Positions 29,261 to 38,932 of a DNA stretch of 64,000 bases are shown here, in pieces; within the stretch, counting starts at the first letter, position 1, and every line of letters starts with the position of its first letter. The notes beneath the pieces were generated by a model. It saw only the letters and a list, made by a program, of their open reading frames with translations. It did not search any database and was not told where the DNA came from. A program made the position numbers and the translations under genes. The DNA comes from a bacterium (lineage in GTDB: Bacteria > UBA8248): the NCBI GenBank assembly GCA_965203325.1, contig OZ241875.1:2624001-2688000 (forward strand), written 5' to 3'.

Positions 29261-30205
29261 TCAGGATGCCGGCTGCACCTCGCCCGCGATTTTGAGGTCG
29301 GCGAGTTTCAGGGTGTGCGAGATGAAATCGTTGCACGGCGTCTCGACGCCCACCTCCGCCCCGATGCGCGAGACCGTTCCGCACAGCGCGTCAATCTCGA
29401 GGCGTCTGCCCGCCTCCAGATCATGGCACAGGCTGCCCTTGCTGGCCGGGTTCTGCTCGTCCAGAAAGCGGTAGCGATCCTCATCCGCGTCCTCGGGAAG
29501 GTTCACGCCCTTCGCCCGGCCCACGAGGTAGACCTCGCGCATCGTCTCGCGGAGCATGTTGTTCGTGCCCTCATAGGCCATGATTTCGCCGAGGGTGGAG
29601 CGCGTGAGCGCCGTCACCCCGCCGACCGCGCAGATGAAGATAAACTTCGTCCAAAGCTCCGCTTCGATGTCCTCTGAATATACCGCGTTGATCTCCGCGT
29701 CTTTCAGATCGGCCAGTACCGCATCGCCGCGTACGCTCGCGCCGCTGCCCATCTCGCCGAAAACCACCCGTCTCGGGCCGCCGATTTGCCGGATGAGGCC
29801 CGGCTCTGCGATGGAGGTGAATATATAGGCCGCACCGCCCATCACGCGCTCGGCGCCATAGACGGCCGCGAGTTTCTCTTCGCCCGCCACGCCGTTTTGC
29901 AGGTTGATGATGACGGTGTCCGGGCCGACCATGGGCGCGATGGCGGGAACGGCTGCGTCGTCGGCGGTCGTCTTCACGCAATAGAGGATGACGTCGCATA
30001 CGCCCGCCTCTGCCGGAGAGTCCGTAAACACCCCATCGCGCACGCTGAATCCTCCAGGCGCGACGCTCTCCACGCGGAGCCCCTCTTTTCGCATGGCTTC
30101 CAGATGTTCTCCGCGCGCGATGAAGGCGACGTCCTTGCCGCCCCTCGCCAGCATGGCGCCGAAATAGCCGCCCACACCTCCTGTCGCCATGATGCCGAAA
30201 CGCAT
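29261..30205 (-). CDS. panE: 2-dehydropantoate 2-reductase
   Basis: ATGGVGGYFG, IARG, VK, LQNG, LWTKF, SLCHDL...RLEID. Confidence 0.88.
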   Translation of the reverse strand: MRFGIMATGGVGGYFGAMLARGGKDVAFIARGEHLEAMRKEGLRVESVAPGGFSVRDGVFTDSPAEAGVCDVILYCVKTTADDAAVPAIAPMVGPDTVIINLQNGVAGEEKLAAVYGAERVMGGAAYIFTSIAEPGLIRQIGGPRRVVFGEMGSGASVRGDAVLADLKDAEINAVYSEDIEAELWTKFIFICAVGGVTALTRSTLGEIMAYEGTNNMLRETMREVYLVGRAKGVNLPEDADEDRYRFLDEQNPASKGSLCHDLEAGRRLEIDALCGTVSRIGAEVGVETPCNDFISHTLKLADLKIAGEVQPAS

Positions 30206-30312
30206 GTTCCATCCTTCCTGGAAAGACCCGGTTCTCGCCGTGCACGGAAAAAGAAAAGGAGGAAAGCCCAAGCTCTCCTCCTTTTGGTTGTACCAGAACC
30301 TCGGGGTTTTCG

Positions 30313-31323
30313 TCAGGAGGTGGTATCCATTTTCTTTTCCGGTTCTTGGGGCGTCGTCGTTTCCGTGGACATCTCGCCTTGCTCCGTGCTCTCGTGCGCG
30401 TGACCGTTGGAATGACCGTTAGCTCCGTTTGTATGGCCGTTTGAACCGTTTGCGTGGCCGTTCGACCCCGTTGCCTGCTCTTCGGCATCCAGGGAGATGA
30501 TCTCCTCTTGACCGCCCACAGGCCCCAAATCGAGGTCTTCGGTCGCCTCGAACTCCTCGGGTTTCGGCATGTCCGATAGGCTCTTGAAGCCGAAATGCTC
30601 CAGGAACAGGGGCGTGGTGCCGTAGACGATGGGCCGGCCCACGACGTCGCGCCGCCCGAGGATGCGGATGAGGCCGCGCTCGAGCAGAGTGTGCAGCACG
30701 CCGCCGCAATCCACCCGCCTGATTTCCTCGATCTCCGCTTTGGTGATGGGCTGCTTGTAGGCCAGTATGGCCAGGGTTTCGAGCGCCGCCTGGGAGAGCT
30801 TGGTTTTTCTCTCCCTCTTGGAGAAGCGCTTCACCCAGGGAGAGAACTCCGCCCGCGTGCAAAGGCGAAAGCCCTCGGCCACTTCGATGATCTGCAGGGT
30901 CTTGTCGCCATATTCCTCGACCAGCTCGCCCAGGAGTTTCCGGACGACCTTGACGTTCACGTTCGAGACGCCCTTGAACAGAAAAGAAATATCCCGGGGC
31001 CGGAGCGGCTCGCTCGCGACGAAGAGGATGGATTCGACGATTTTTTTCGCTTCGTCCAGGTCCATGACGAGTGGCGCGTCCTTGTCGATTACTCCGGCTT
31101 CCTCCGCATCGGACGCCTCTTCGGCCATCCCGGCGCCTTCCTCCGGCTCCTCGATCTCGAAGAGCGTCTCCTGGCGAGGCTCCTCCATGGCCTCCAGTTG
31201 ATGTTCCGCCAGCGCCCTGGCCGCGGCGTCCGGAGACGACGCTCCATCCTCGGCGAGCTCGAAGGGAACTTCCGTTTCCGCCCGCGCTGTTTCCTGATTT
31301 TCCGTTTGGGGGTCATTCATCAC
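30313..31323 (-). CDS. scpB: SMC-Scp complex subunit ScpB
   Basis: ESILFVASEP, LSQAALETLAILAYKQPITKAEIEEIR, GRPIVYGTTPLFLEHFG; acidic low-complexity tails. Confidence 0.95.
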   Translation of the reverse strand: MMNDPQTENQETARAETEVPFELAEDGASSPDAAARALAEHQLEAMEEPRQETLFEIEEPEEGAGMAEEASDAEEAGVIDKDAPLVMDLDEAKKIVESILFVASEPLRPRDISFLFKGVSNVNVKVVRKLLGELVEEYGDKTLQIIEVAEGFRLCTRAEFSPWVKRFSKRERKTKLSQAALETLAILAYKQPITKAEIEEIRRVDCGGVLHTLLERGLIRILGRRDVVGRPIVYGTTPLFLEHFGFKSLSDMPKPEEFEATEDLDLGPVGGQEEIISLDAEEQATGSNGHANGSNGHTNGANGHSNGHAHESTEQGEMSTETTTPQEPEKKMDTTS

Positions 31324-32242
31324 TCACCGCCTTTGTAATTCGGATTTCACCGAAATTGGACGCCTGTTGCGCCACGACAAGATTTCCCTTGATGAGTTCC
31401 AGAAGCGCCAGGAATATGGCCACCACTTCGAGCACGCGCCTCGTCTGGAACAACGAGTGGAAGAGCACGCCGTCTCCGCCTGCGTCCTCCAGGGTGTCCA
31501 TGAGCATGGTTCTCATGTCGGCGACTTCGAGCTCGTCGATGTCCACGAGGTGGACGCCTTCTTCCCCGATGGATTCGATGAGGTGCTGCATGGCGCTGAT
31601 GAGGTCGAACACCGTGACTTGCAGCTTGGGCGCTTCTTCTTCCTCGTCATCCTCTATAAGGAGAGGATCGGCGCCTCTCGTATAGAGCCAGGATTGCTCC
31701 TCTTCGGCATGGCGGAATACCTGGCTGATTTTCTTGAACTTCTGGTATTCGATGAGCTGGCGCTGGAGCTCCTGGCGCAGGACTTCGGGGTCTTCCTCTT
31801 CCGCGTCGTCCTCGGTCCGGGGCAGAAGCGTTCTGCTCTTGATGTAGACCAGGTAGGAAGCCATGACGAGGTATTCCGACGCCAGGTTGATGTTCAGCTT
31901 TTTGAGCAGTTCCACGTATTTCAGGTATTGATCCGTGATGAAGGCGACCGGAATATCGTTTATGTCCAGCCTGTGCTCGCGCACCAGATGGAGAAGGAGT
32001 TCGAGCGGACCCTCGAAGACGTCGATCTTGACGTTGAACCGCTCGGAATCATCCGAAGCCTCTGAGGCGGTCTCCAGCCCCTCGGGGTGGTCCGCATCGG
32101 GCGCACGGCCGGTCTCCAGGATTTCCCAGTTATCGGGATTTCCCGCGGACATATCGCTGCCCCAGGGCAGATCGGCGAAGCCGGTCGCCTCTGAAGGCGC
32201 AGCCGAGCCTTCTGGTGGTGGCGTATTTTCTGGGGGATTCAT
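31313..32242 (-). CDS. scpA: Segregation and condensation protein ScpA (start approximate)
   Basis: FEGPLELLLHLV, ITDQYL, EYLVMA...IKSRTLLP, FLALLEL. Confidence 0.93.
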   Translation of the reverse strand: MNPPENTPPPEGSAAPSEATGFADLPWGSDMSAGNPDNWEILETGRAPDADHPEGLETASEASDDSERFNVKIDVFEGPLELLLHLVREHRLDINDIPVAFITDQYLKYVELLKKLNINLASEYLVMASYLVYIKSRTLLPRTEDDAEEEDPEVLRQELQRQLIEYQKFKKISQVFRHAEEEQSWLYTRGADPLLIEDDEEEEAPKLQVTVFDLISAMQHLIESIGEEGVHLVDIDELEVADMRTMLMDTLEDAGGDGVLFHSLFQTRRVLEVVAIFLALLELIKGNLVVAQQASNFGEIRITKAVSDE

Positions 32243-32501
32243 GCTCACCCCGGATGGGCGGACTGAGCGGTCTTTGCCGGGCGATTTCACGAGCCCACGG
32301 GCGGGGAGACTCTCCATCACCCAGGAATTACTTTCAAGCCTAGAAAATATGGATATTCTTGTCAAATGGGAAAAATCGGAATTTTTCAAAAAATTCAAGC
32401 GCTTATGCGTCTTCCTCTCGACCGGTCGCCTCGTCCGCCTTGAGGGAGAAGCGCCTCTGGGGGATAATCGGAGTTCTGATAATCTCGACGAGGAGGAATC
32501 G

Positions 32502-33344
32502 ATGGCAGGCAAAATCATGTCTCTCACGCAAGCGGCGGCCCTGGTGCAGGATGGAGATTTGCTCGCCTTGGGCGGAAACGCGCTCACGAGAATTCCCGCC
32601 GCCTTCGTCCGGGAACTCGCCCGTCAGGGGCGGGAGAATTTGCGTCTCGTGAAGACGGCCGGCGCCTATGACGTCGACTTGCTCTGCGCGGCGGGGGCCG
32701 TGGCGCAGACGCAGACGGGCTACGTGGGATTCGAGAACCTCTTCGGCCTGGCGCCCTCCTACCGCAGGGGCGTGGAGGAAGGCCGCGTGCAAGCGGTCGA
32801 ACACGCCTGCTCCACCGTCATCGCGGGTCTCAGGGCCTCCGCGCATGGCCTGCCGAGCCAACCCGTGGCGGGTCTGGAGGGCAGCGACATGGCGGCGCAT
32901 ACCGGTTTCCGGAAAGCGAGAGACCCCTACACGGGCGAGTCGGTATTCATGATCCCGAAAATCAGGCCCAGATTCGCCGTTCTCCATGTGACGTACGCAG
33001 ACTCCGAGGGAAACGCTCGGATAGACGGCGGCGCGTTCGAGGACGTCTTGATGTCCAGAGCCGCCGAGTCGGTGATCCTGACGGCGGAGCGCATCGAGGA
33101 GACCGCGTTTTTCGTCGAGAAACCCGACAGAACGGCGGTTCCCGCCTTCATGGTGAAAGCCGTCGTGCACGCGCCGGGAGGGGCGCGGCCCGGGGGATGT
33201 CATCCGTTCTACGATATCGACGAAGAAGCGGTGGGCGCATACCTCGATTCGGCGGCCGGCGCGGAATCCCTGCGCGCTCATCTCGATTCCTGGGAGGAGC
33301 GCGACCATGCAGGAAGCGTGGCGGCGTCGAGGGGCGTCGGATGA
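32502..33344 (+). CDS. CoA-transferase-fold subunit A (glutaconate CoA-transferase/AibA-like)
   Basis: DGDLLALGG, DLLCAAG, GLRASAHGLP, DPYTG, HVTYADSEGN, VVHAPGGARP. Confidence 0.85.
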   Translation: MAGKIMSLTQAAALVQDGDLLALGGNALTRIPAAFVRELARQGRENLRLVKTAGAYDVDLLCAAGAVAQTQTGYVGFENLFGLAPSYRRGVEEGRVQAVEHACSTVIAGLRASAHGLPSQPVAGLEGSDMAAHTGFRKARDPYTGESVFMIPKIRPRFAVLHVTYADSEGNARIDGGAFEDVLMSRAAESVILTAERIEETAFFVEKPDRTAVPAFMVKAVVHAPGGARPGGCHPFYDIDEEAVGAYLDSAAGAESLRAHLDSWEERDHAGSVAASRGVG

Positions 33345-34093
33345 GCGTCGCAATGCGCGAAGGCGCGTCCGAGGAGGTGCGCGCCGCCGCCGACAGGATG
33401 GCGGTTTTTCTCTCCAGATTCATCCGCGACGGGGAACTCGTATTTCACGGCGTGGCATCCGCGCTGCCGATGGCGGCGATCGTCATGGCCCGGAACACCC
33501 ACGCGCCGCACCTGACCTACCTGAACATACCGGGCGGCGTGGACCCCAAACCCTCTTATCTTCCCGGCTCCACCGTGGCGCGGCAGCTCATGGAAGGCGC
33601 GCTTTCGTATTTCAACCTCACGGAAATTTTTGATCTGTCCGCCCGGGGCAAGCTCGACCTGGCGTTTCTGGGCGGCGCGCAAATCGACGCAAGGGGCGAG
33701 GTGAATCTCTCCTTCATCGGGGACCCCGCGGCCCCCAAGGTGCGCCTTCCGGGCGGCGCGGGCAGCGCGCACATTCTGCCCACGGCCGGGCGGACGGTTC
33801 TCTGGCGGACGGTTCACGACACGAGGAGCTTTCCCGAGCGCTGCGATTTCGTGACCGCTTCGGGCAACGTGGATGCGGTGGTGACGCCCTTGTGTATTTT
33901 TGAGAAGGCGGACGGCCGCCTGCGGGTCAAGTCGATTCACCAGGGCGTAACGCCCGATGCCTTGCGCGCGTCCACGGGGTTCGATCTCGGTGATTTGGAG
34001 CGCGCCCCCACCACGCCTGAACCGACGGATGCCGAGCGCACAGCACTCCACGCCGCAGACCCCGAAGGTGTCCGCCTGCGCGAATTCATCTGA
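33341..34093 (+). CDS. CoA-transferase-fold subunit B lacking the canonical catalytic Glu
   Basis: GVAS, ARNTHAPHLTYLNIPG, FLGGAQID..GEVN, RLPGGAG, VVTPLCIF, TGF. Confidence 0.8.
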   Translation: MSVAMREGASEEVRAAADRMAVFLSRFIRDGELVFHGVASALPMAAIVMARNTHAPHLTYLNIPGGVDPKPSYLPGSTVARQLMEGALSYFNLTEIFDLSARGKLDLAFLGGAQIDARGEVNLSFIGDPAAPKVRLPGGAGSAHILPTAGRTVLWRTVHDTRSFPERCDFVTASGNVDAVVTPLCIFEKADGRLRVKSIHQGVTPDALRASTGFDLGDLERAPTTPEPTDAERTALHAADPEGVRLREFI

Positions 34094-34110
34094 AGCGGAA
34101 ATTTCCTTTC

Positions 34111-35046
34111 ATGCCGCAGAAAAGATTCGACGCCGTGGGAATCGGCCTGAACTCGGCCGATCAATTCTGCGTGGTAAAGGAATATCCGCAGGCCAATACC
34201 AAGAGCGGGGTTCTGGAGACGGCGCGCGAAGGCGGCGGTCAGGCGGCGACGGCCATGGCGGCGCTGGCGCGCCTGGGTATGCGCGCGGCCTACATCGGCG
34301 CGGTGGGCGACGACGAGCCCGGCGCTTTTTCCCTCGCGAGTTTGAGGGCCGATGGCGTGAACGTGGAAGGCGTCGTCACGCAGCGAGGACGCGCGAGCCA
34401 GTCCGCCGTCATCATCGTGCAGCAAGAAGGCGACGGGGAAGAGAAAGGCTCGCGGACGATTCTGTGGCGGCGCGAGGTGTCCCTGGCGCGAGGAGAGGTG
34501 AATGAGGAGATCGTTCGGGCGGGACGCGCACTTCATCTCGATGGCCACCACGTCGAGGCGGAAATCCGGGCCGCGCGGTGGGCGCGCGAGGAAGGCGCGC
34601 CCGTGTTCCTGGATGCCGAGCGCGCGCCCGAGGGAACCCGAGAGCTCATCGGCTTAACGGATTACCTGATCGCGGCGGAAGATTTCCCCGCTCTGCTCAC
34701 CGGCGTTTCCGACCACCATGAAGCCTTGCGACGGCTTCATGCGATGGGACCCAAGGTGGCGGGCGTCACCCTGGGCTCGCGCGGCGCGCTCGCATACGAC
34801 GGGGCGCGGTTTTATGAAGCGCCGGGGTTTCATGTCGACGTGCTCGACACGACGGGGGCGGGCGATGCGTTTCATGGCGGATTCCTGTACGGCGTATTGC
34901 GAAAGATGGGCCTTGAGGATACGTTGCGCTTCGCAAACGCGGTCGCCGCGATGAACTGCACCGCCCTCGGGGGAAGGGCCGCGCTTCCCCGCCTGAACGA
35001 AGTGGAAGCCTTTCTGCGAGCGAATTCACCAGGGAAAAGCGCATGA
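34111..35046 (+). CDS. PfkB family carbohydrate kinase
   Basis: GGGQAATA, GAVGDD, VTLGSRG, DTTGAGDAFHGG. Confidence 0.93.
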   Translation: MPQKRFDAVGIGLNSADQFCVVKEYPQANTKSGVLETAREGGGQAATAMAALARLGMRAAYIGAVGDDEPGAFSLASLRADGVNVEGVVTQRGRASQSAVIIVQQEGDGEEKGSRTILWRREVSLARGEVNEEIVRAGRALHLDGHHVEAEIRAARWAREEGAPVFLDAERAPEGTRELIGLTDYLIAAEDFPALLTGVSDHHEALRRLHAMGPKVAGVTLGSRGALAYDGARFYEAPGFHVDVLDTTGAGDAFHGGFLYGVLRKMGLEDTLRFANAVAAMNCTALGGRAALPRLNEVEAFLRANSPGKSA

Positions 35047-36275
35047 AGCGCATACTCGAAAAATTTTGCGACGCTCTCGTCCTGCTGTGCCTGTCCGTCG
35101 TTCTGAGCGGTTGCGACCTGCTCCCCGAGCTCGGCCCGCCGAAAGAATCCATCTCGGGCACCATTCGGATGAGCGAGAAGCTGCCAGTCAAAGCGTGGCG
35201 CACACGCACGCTCTTCATCATCGTCGAGCCTGAAGAAGGCGGACTGCCGCTCGCGGTGCAGCGCCTGGTGGAGACGCGGTTTCCCTATCAATACGTCATC
35301 ACGAAAGACGACGTGATGATGCGCGGGCAAGAGTTCTCAGGGCGGGTACGCGTACGCGCCCGCCTCGATGCGGACGGCGTTGCGGGCCCGCTGGTCAAGG
35401 GCGATTTCGAGGGGCGGGCGGCAGGCTTGGTTACCGTGGGCGCAAAGAACGTGGACGTGGTGATCGATCGGATCGGAACCGCCCCTCCGCCGAAAGTGGC
35501 GAAAAAATCTCCTCCCAAACCCGCTCCGCCTCAGGAGGCGTCTCCACCGGCGGCGGAAGGGGGCAAGACGATTCGCGGCGTGGTTCGCGTCGCACCAGCC
35601 CTTGCGGATAAGGCGAAGGACAAGGCGGCGATATTCATCATCGCGCGCGGAAAACAGCCCGGGCCGCCGCTGGCGGTCATGCGTATCCTGAATCCCCGCT
35701 TTCCCCTGGAGTTCACTATGAGCGAGCAGAACGTGATGATGCAGGGGGTGGCGTTCACGGGCGAGGTCAGCCTCATCGCCAAGCTGGACGGCGACGGAAA
35801 GGTCGGGACGCAGCCGGGCGATATTTTCGGCGGTGCGCGCGGGCCGGTGCAGGTGGGTGCGCGCGGCGTAGAGATCGTTCTGACGCAGGAGGCGAAAGGC
35901 GCAGCCGCGCAAAGGCCCGCGCAGGCGCAAGGGGCGGGAGAGGTGATTTCGGGAACGGTCGAGATTGCTCCCGCCTTGCGGGCGAGGGCCGAAGGCAAGC
36001 CCGTCTTGTTCCTGATCGCGCGCAAGGGCGGCGGAGGCCCCCCGCTGGCGGTCGTGCGCGTGGGGAACCCCAAGTTCCCGCTGGCGTTCGAGATTTCGAA
36101 GCGGAACGTGATGATCCCCGGCGTCCCGTTCGAGGGGATGGTTTCGCTCGCAGCGCGCCTGGACGCGGACGGCTCGGCGGGACCCGCGGGCGCGGGCGAT
36201 CTCGAAGGCCGCACAGTTCAACCGGTAAGAGTGGGGGAGAAGAACGTGCGCATCGTGATCGACAGGGCGTTTTGA
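35043..36275 (+). CDS. Lipoprotein with three tandem CcmI/CycH C-terminal-like beta domains
   Basis: Lipobox LSGC; three repeats of (I)xG(T/V)..(L/I)F(I/L)IA..PPLAV..FP..F..(A)RLDxDG..GD; Pro/Ala linkers. Confidence 0.7.
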   Translation: MKRILEKFCDALVLLCLSVVLSGCDLLPELGPPKESISGTIRMSEKLPVKAWRTRTLFIIVEPEEGGLPLAVQRLVETRFPYQYVITKDDVMMRGQEFSGRVRVRARLDADGVAGPLVKGDFEGRAAGLVTVGAKNVDVVIDRIGTAPPPKVAKKSPPKPAPPQEASPPAAEGGKTIRGVVRVAPALADKAKDKAAIFIIARGKQPGPPLAVMRILNPRFPLEFTMSEQNVMMQGVAFTGEVSLIAKLDGDGKVGTQPGDIFGGARGPVQVGARGVEIVLTQEAKGAAAQRPAQAQGAGEVISGTVEIAPALRARAEGKPVLFLIARKGGGGPPLAVVRVGNPKFPLAFEISKRNVMIPGVPFEGMVSLAARLDADGSAGPAGAGDLEGRTVQPVRVGEKNVRIVIDRAF

Positions 36276-36405
36276 CGGCGCAAGGCCCCGCGCTCTGGCG
36301 CGGCGGCGGCAAAGTGTGCATAATCGCCCCTCGAAATTCCCGAGAATCTATTTCTATATGAAGTCAGGGTTTTCCTCATTCACGCACCGATAAGGAGAAG
36401 TCCAG

Positions 36406-37422
36406 GTGATCATCGACCCCCATGCCCACATCGCTCCCGAGAGTTTCATCGAAGACGTACGCCAGGGCCGTTTCGGCGACGCCGTCACCATCGAAGCGGG
36501 CGACCCGTGGGAACAACTCGTCACGAAAAATACCGTGCTCGGCGAGGAGCGGATTCACAAGAACCCGCTGCCGAAAGAAACCTATGACGTCGAGATGCGC
36601 CTGAGCGACATGGCGAACAACCAGAACGTGGACATTCAGATACTCTCCGTCGTTCCGCCCATGACGCACTATGCACTCGACGCAGGGCTCAACAGGGAAC
36701 TCTCCGCGTCGCTCAACGACGCGCTCACCGCGCTCACGAAAGAACACCCCGACCGATTCCTGTGCATGGCGCAGATTCCGCTCCAGGACCCCGAAGCCGC
36801 GGCGGCCGAACTCGACCGCGCGGTGAAAAACGGCCACCTGGGCTGCCAGATCGGCTCGAACGTCGCGGGCAAGAACCTCGACGACCCCGCGCTCGACGCC
36901 GTCTGGGCCAAGGCGTGCGAGCACGACGTGCCGATCTTCATTCACCCGGTGGACGTCATGGGCGTCAACGACAGGCTCAAGGACTATTACCTGAGAAACT
37001 TCATCGGCAACCCGCTCGACACGACGATATCCATCGCCTGCCTCATCTTCGGCGGCGTGTTCGACCGCTTCCCGAACATCAAGTTCCTGGTCTCGCACGT
37101 GGGCGGCTTCGTTCCCTGGATCCGGGGCCGCTGGCAGCACGGCTACGGCGAGCGCAGGGAGCCCAAGGTGCACGGCGCGAAAGACCCCGAGCAGTATTTC
37201 GGCAAGATTTATTACGACACCATCATCCACAACGCGGATTCGTTCGAGTTCGCCGTGAAAACGCTCGGCGTGGACAGGATTCTCTACGGCACGGACTATC
37301 CCTTCGACATGGGCTATCTGGCCGGGGCGAAGGAGATTCCGGGGCTTTCGCGCTTCTCGGCGGAAGAGCAGGAACAGATGCTCTACGGGAACGTGAAAAA
37401 GCTCTACAAGCTGGACGTGTAA
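36406..37422 (+). CDS. Amidohydrolase-2 family (ACMSD/LigW-like decarboxylase/hydrolase), copy 1
   Basis: IDPHAH, IFIHP, SHVGG, YYDT, GTDYP. Confidence 0.88.
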   Translation: MIIDPHAHIAPESFIEDVRQGRFGDAVTIEAGDPWEQLVTKNTVLGEERIHKNPLPKETYDVEMRLSDMANNQNVDIQILSVVPPMTHYALDAGLNRELSASLNDALTALTKEHPDRFLCMAQIPLQDPEAAAAELDRAVKNGHLGCQIGSNVAGKNLDDPALDAVWAKACEHDVPIFIHPVDVMGVNDRLKDYYLRNFIGNPLDTTISIACLIFGGVFDRFPNIKFLVSHVGGFVPWIRGRWQHGYGERREPKVHGAKDPEQYFGKIYYDTIIHNADSFEFAVKTLGVDRILYGTDYPFDMGYLAGAKEIPGLSRFSAEEQEQMLYGNVKKLYKLDV

Positions 37423-37506
37423 GACCTGAAGCTGAGAAAACAACCCGACTATCATGCGGCGAAGGGGCCCGGGAGGGCCTCCTCCCTTTATAAATAAGAG
37501 AAGAAG

Positions 37507-38523
37507 ATGACGGCGATCGATCCCCATACCCATATCTATCCCGGGCAGTTCATCGCGGACGTGCGTGCGGGCCGCTTCGGACGCACGGCGACGATAGAGG
37601 CCGACGAACACGGCGAGTGGCTCATTACGCGTGGAAAGGTGCTCGGGCGCGACTCGGAGCTCAGGAACAAGCTCACGCCCCTTTACTATGAGCTTGCGCC
37701 CCGCTTCGCCGACATGGAGCGGATGGGCGTTGCGCACCAGGTGCTCTCCATCGGCCCCGCCATGACGCTCTATACGCTCGAGGCGGAAGCGAACAGGGAA
37801 CTGGCCGCCTCGCTGAACGACGGCCTGACGGCGCTGGCGAGGGAGTATCCCGACAAGTTCTCCTGCATGGCCACCGTACCCCTCCAGGCGCCCGAAGCCG
37901 CGGCGGCGGAACTCGAACGGGCGTGTGCGAACGGCCACCTCGGCGTGATGATCGCCTCGAACGTGGCGGGGGAGAACCTGGACGATCCGGGTCTGGACGT
38001 CTTCTGGGCGAAGGCCCAGGCGCTTGATGTGCCCGTTTTCGTGCATCCCACGAACGTGCTGGGCGGGGACGACCGCTTAAAGGATTTCTACCTGAGGAAC
38101 TTCATCGGCAATCCGCTCGACACCACGGTCGCGGTGGCGTGCCTCATCTTCGGCGGCGTGATGGACAGGTTCCCGGGGCTTCGGTTCTATCTCTCCCACG
38201 TGGGCGGCTTCGTGCCCTGGATCAGAGGCCGCTGGCAGCACGGCTACGGCGAACGCAGGGAACCGAAGGTGCAGGGCGCGAAAGACCCCGAGCAGTATTT
38301 CGGCCGCTTCTATTACGACACCATCATCCACAACGCGGACTGCTTCGAGTTCGCCGCGAAGACGCTCGGAGCGGAGCGGATTCTCTACGGGACGGACTAT
38401 CCGGCGGACATGGGCTATCACCAGCCCGCGCGGGATATCCCGGGCCTGAGCCGCCTCCCGGAAGCGGAGCAGGAGATGATTCTCACGACCAACGCCAGGC
38501 GCGTCTACGGGCTTGCGATATAG
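37507..38523 (+). CDS. Amidohydrolase-2 family, tandem paralog copy 2
   Basis: IDPHTH, VFVHP, SHVGG, GTDYP; same length (338 aa) and long identical stretches with copy 1. Confidence 0.88.
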   Translation: MTAIDPHTHIYPGQFIADVRAGRFGRTATIEADEHGEWLITRGKVLGRDSELRNKLTPLYYELAPRFADMERMGVAHQVLSIGPAMTLYTLEAEANRELAASLNDGLTALAREYPDKFSCMATVPLQAPEAAAAELERACANGHLGVMIASNVAGENLDDPGLDVFWAKAQALDVPVFVHPTNVLGGDDRLKDFYLRNFIGNPLDTTVAVACLIFGGVMDRFPGLRFYLSHVGGFVPWIRGRWQHGYGERREPKVQGAKDPEQYFGRFYYDTIIHNADCFEFAAKTLGAERILYGTDYPADMGYHQPARDIPGLSRLPEAEQEMILTTNARRVYGLAI

Positions 38524-38606
38524 GGGCTGGACAAAGCGTCTTCCAGGTGTAAAATTCAATCAGGTATTCCAGTTTGAGCCGGTTCAACTGCAAAGGGGAA
38601 GTTCCG

Positions 38607-38894
38607 ATGGAGGAAACCACCTTCCGCGTGGGCGACAGGGTGCGCATCAAGGAGATGTACCCCGACGGCCACCACCGGACGACGTACTTCGTGAAGGGAA
38701 AGACGGGCGTCGTCAACCGCTATTTCGGCAAATACAAGAACCCCGAGAATCTCGCCTACGGCGGCGACGGCCTGCCGCTCCGGGAACTCTACTGGGTGGA
38801 GTTCGACATCAACGATCTCTGGGATCACGAGGCGGGGAAAAAGCAGGACAAACTCTATATCGAGATTTATGAGCATTGGCTGGAGCCGGTCTAG
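38607..38894 (+). CDS. Nitrile hydratase beta-subunit C-terminal (SH3-like) domain / thiocyanate hydrolase alpha-like
   Basis: FRVGDRVRI...GHHRTTYFVKGKTG...PENLAYG...LYWVEF...LW...IEIYEHWLEP. Confidence 0.85.
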   Translation: MEETTFRVGDRVRIKEMYPDGHHRTTYFVKGKTGVVNRYFGKYKNPENLAYGGDGLPLRELYWVEFDINDLWDHEAGKKQDKLYIEIYEHWLEPV

Positions 38895-38932
38895 GCGAAT
38901 CCACCGGCTCCCCTGTGAGCGAGGAGCAAACC

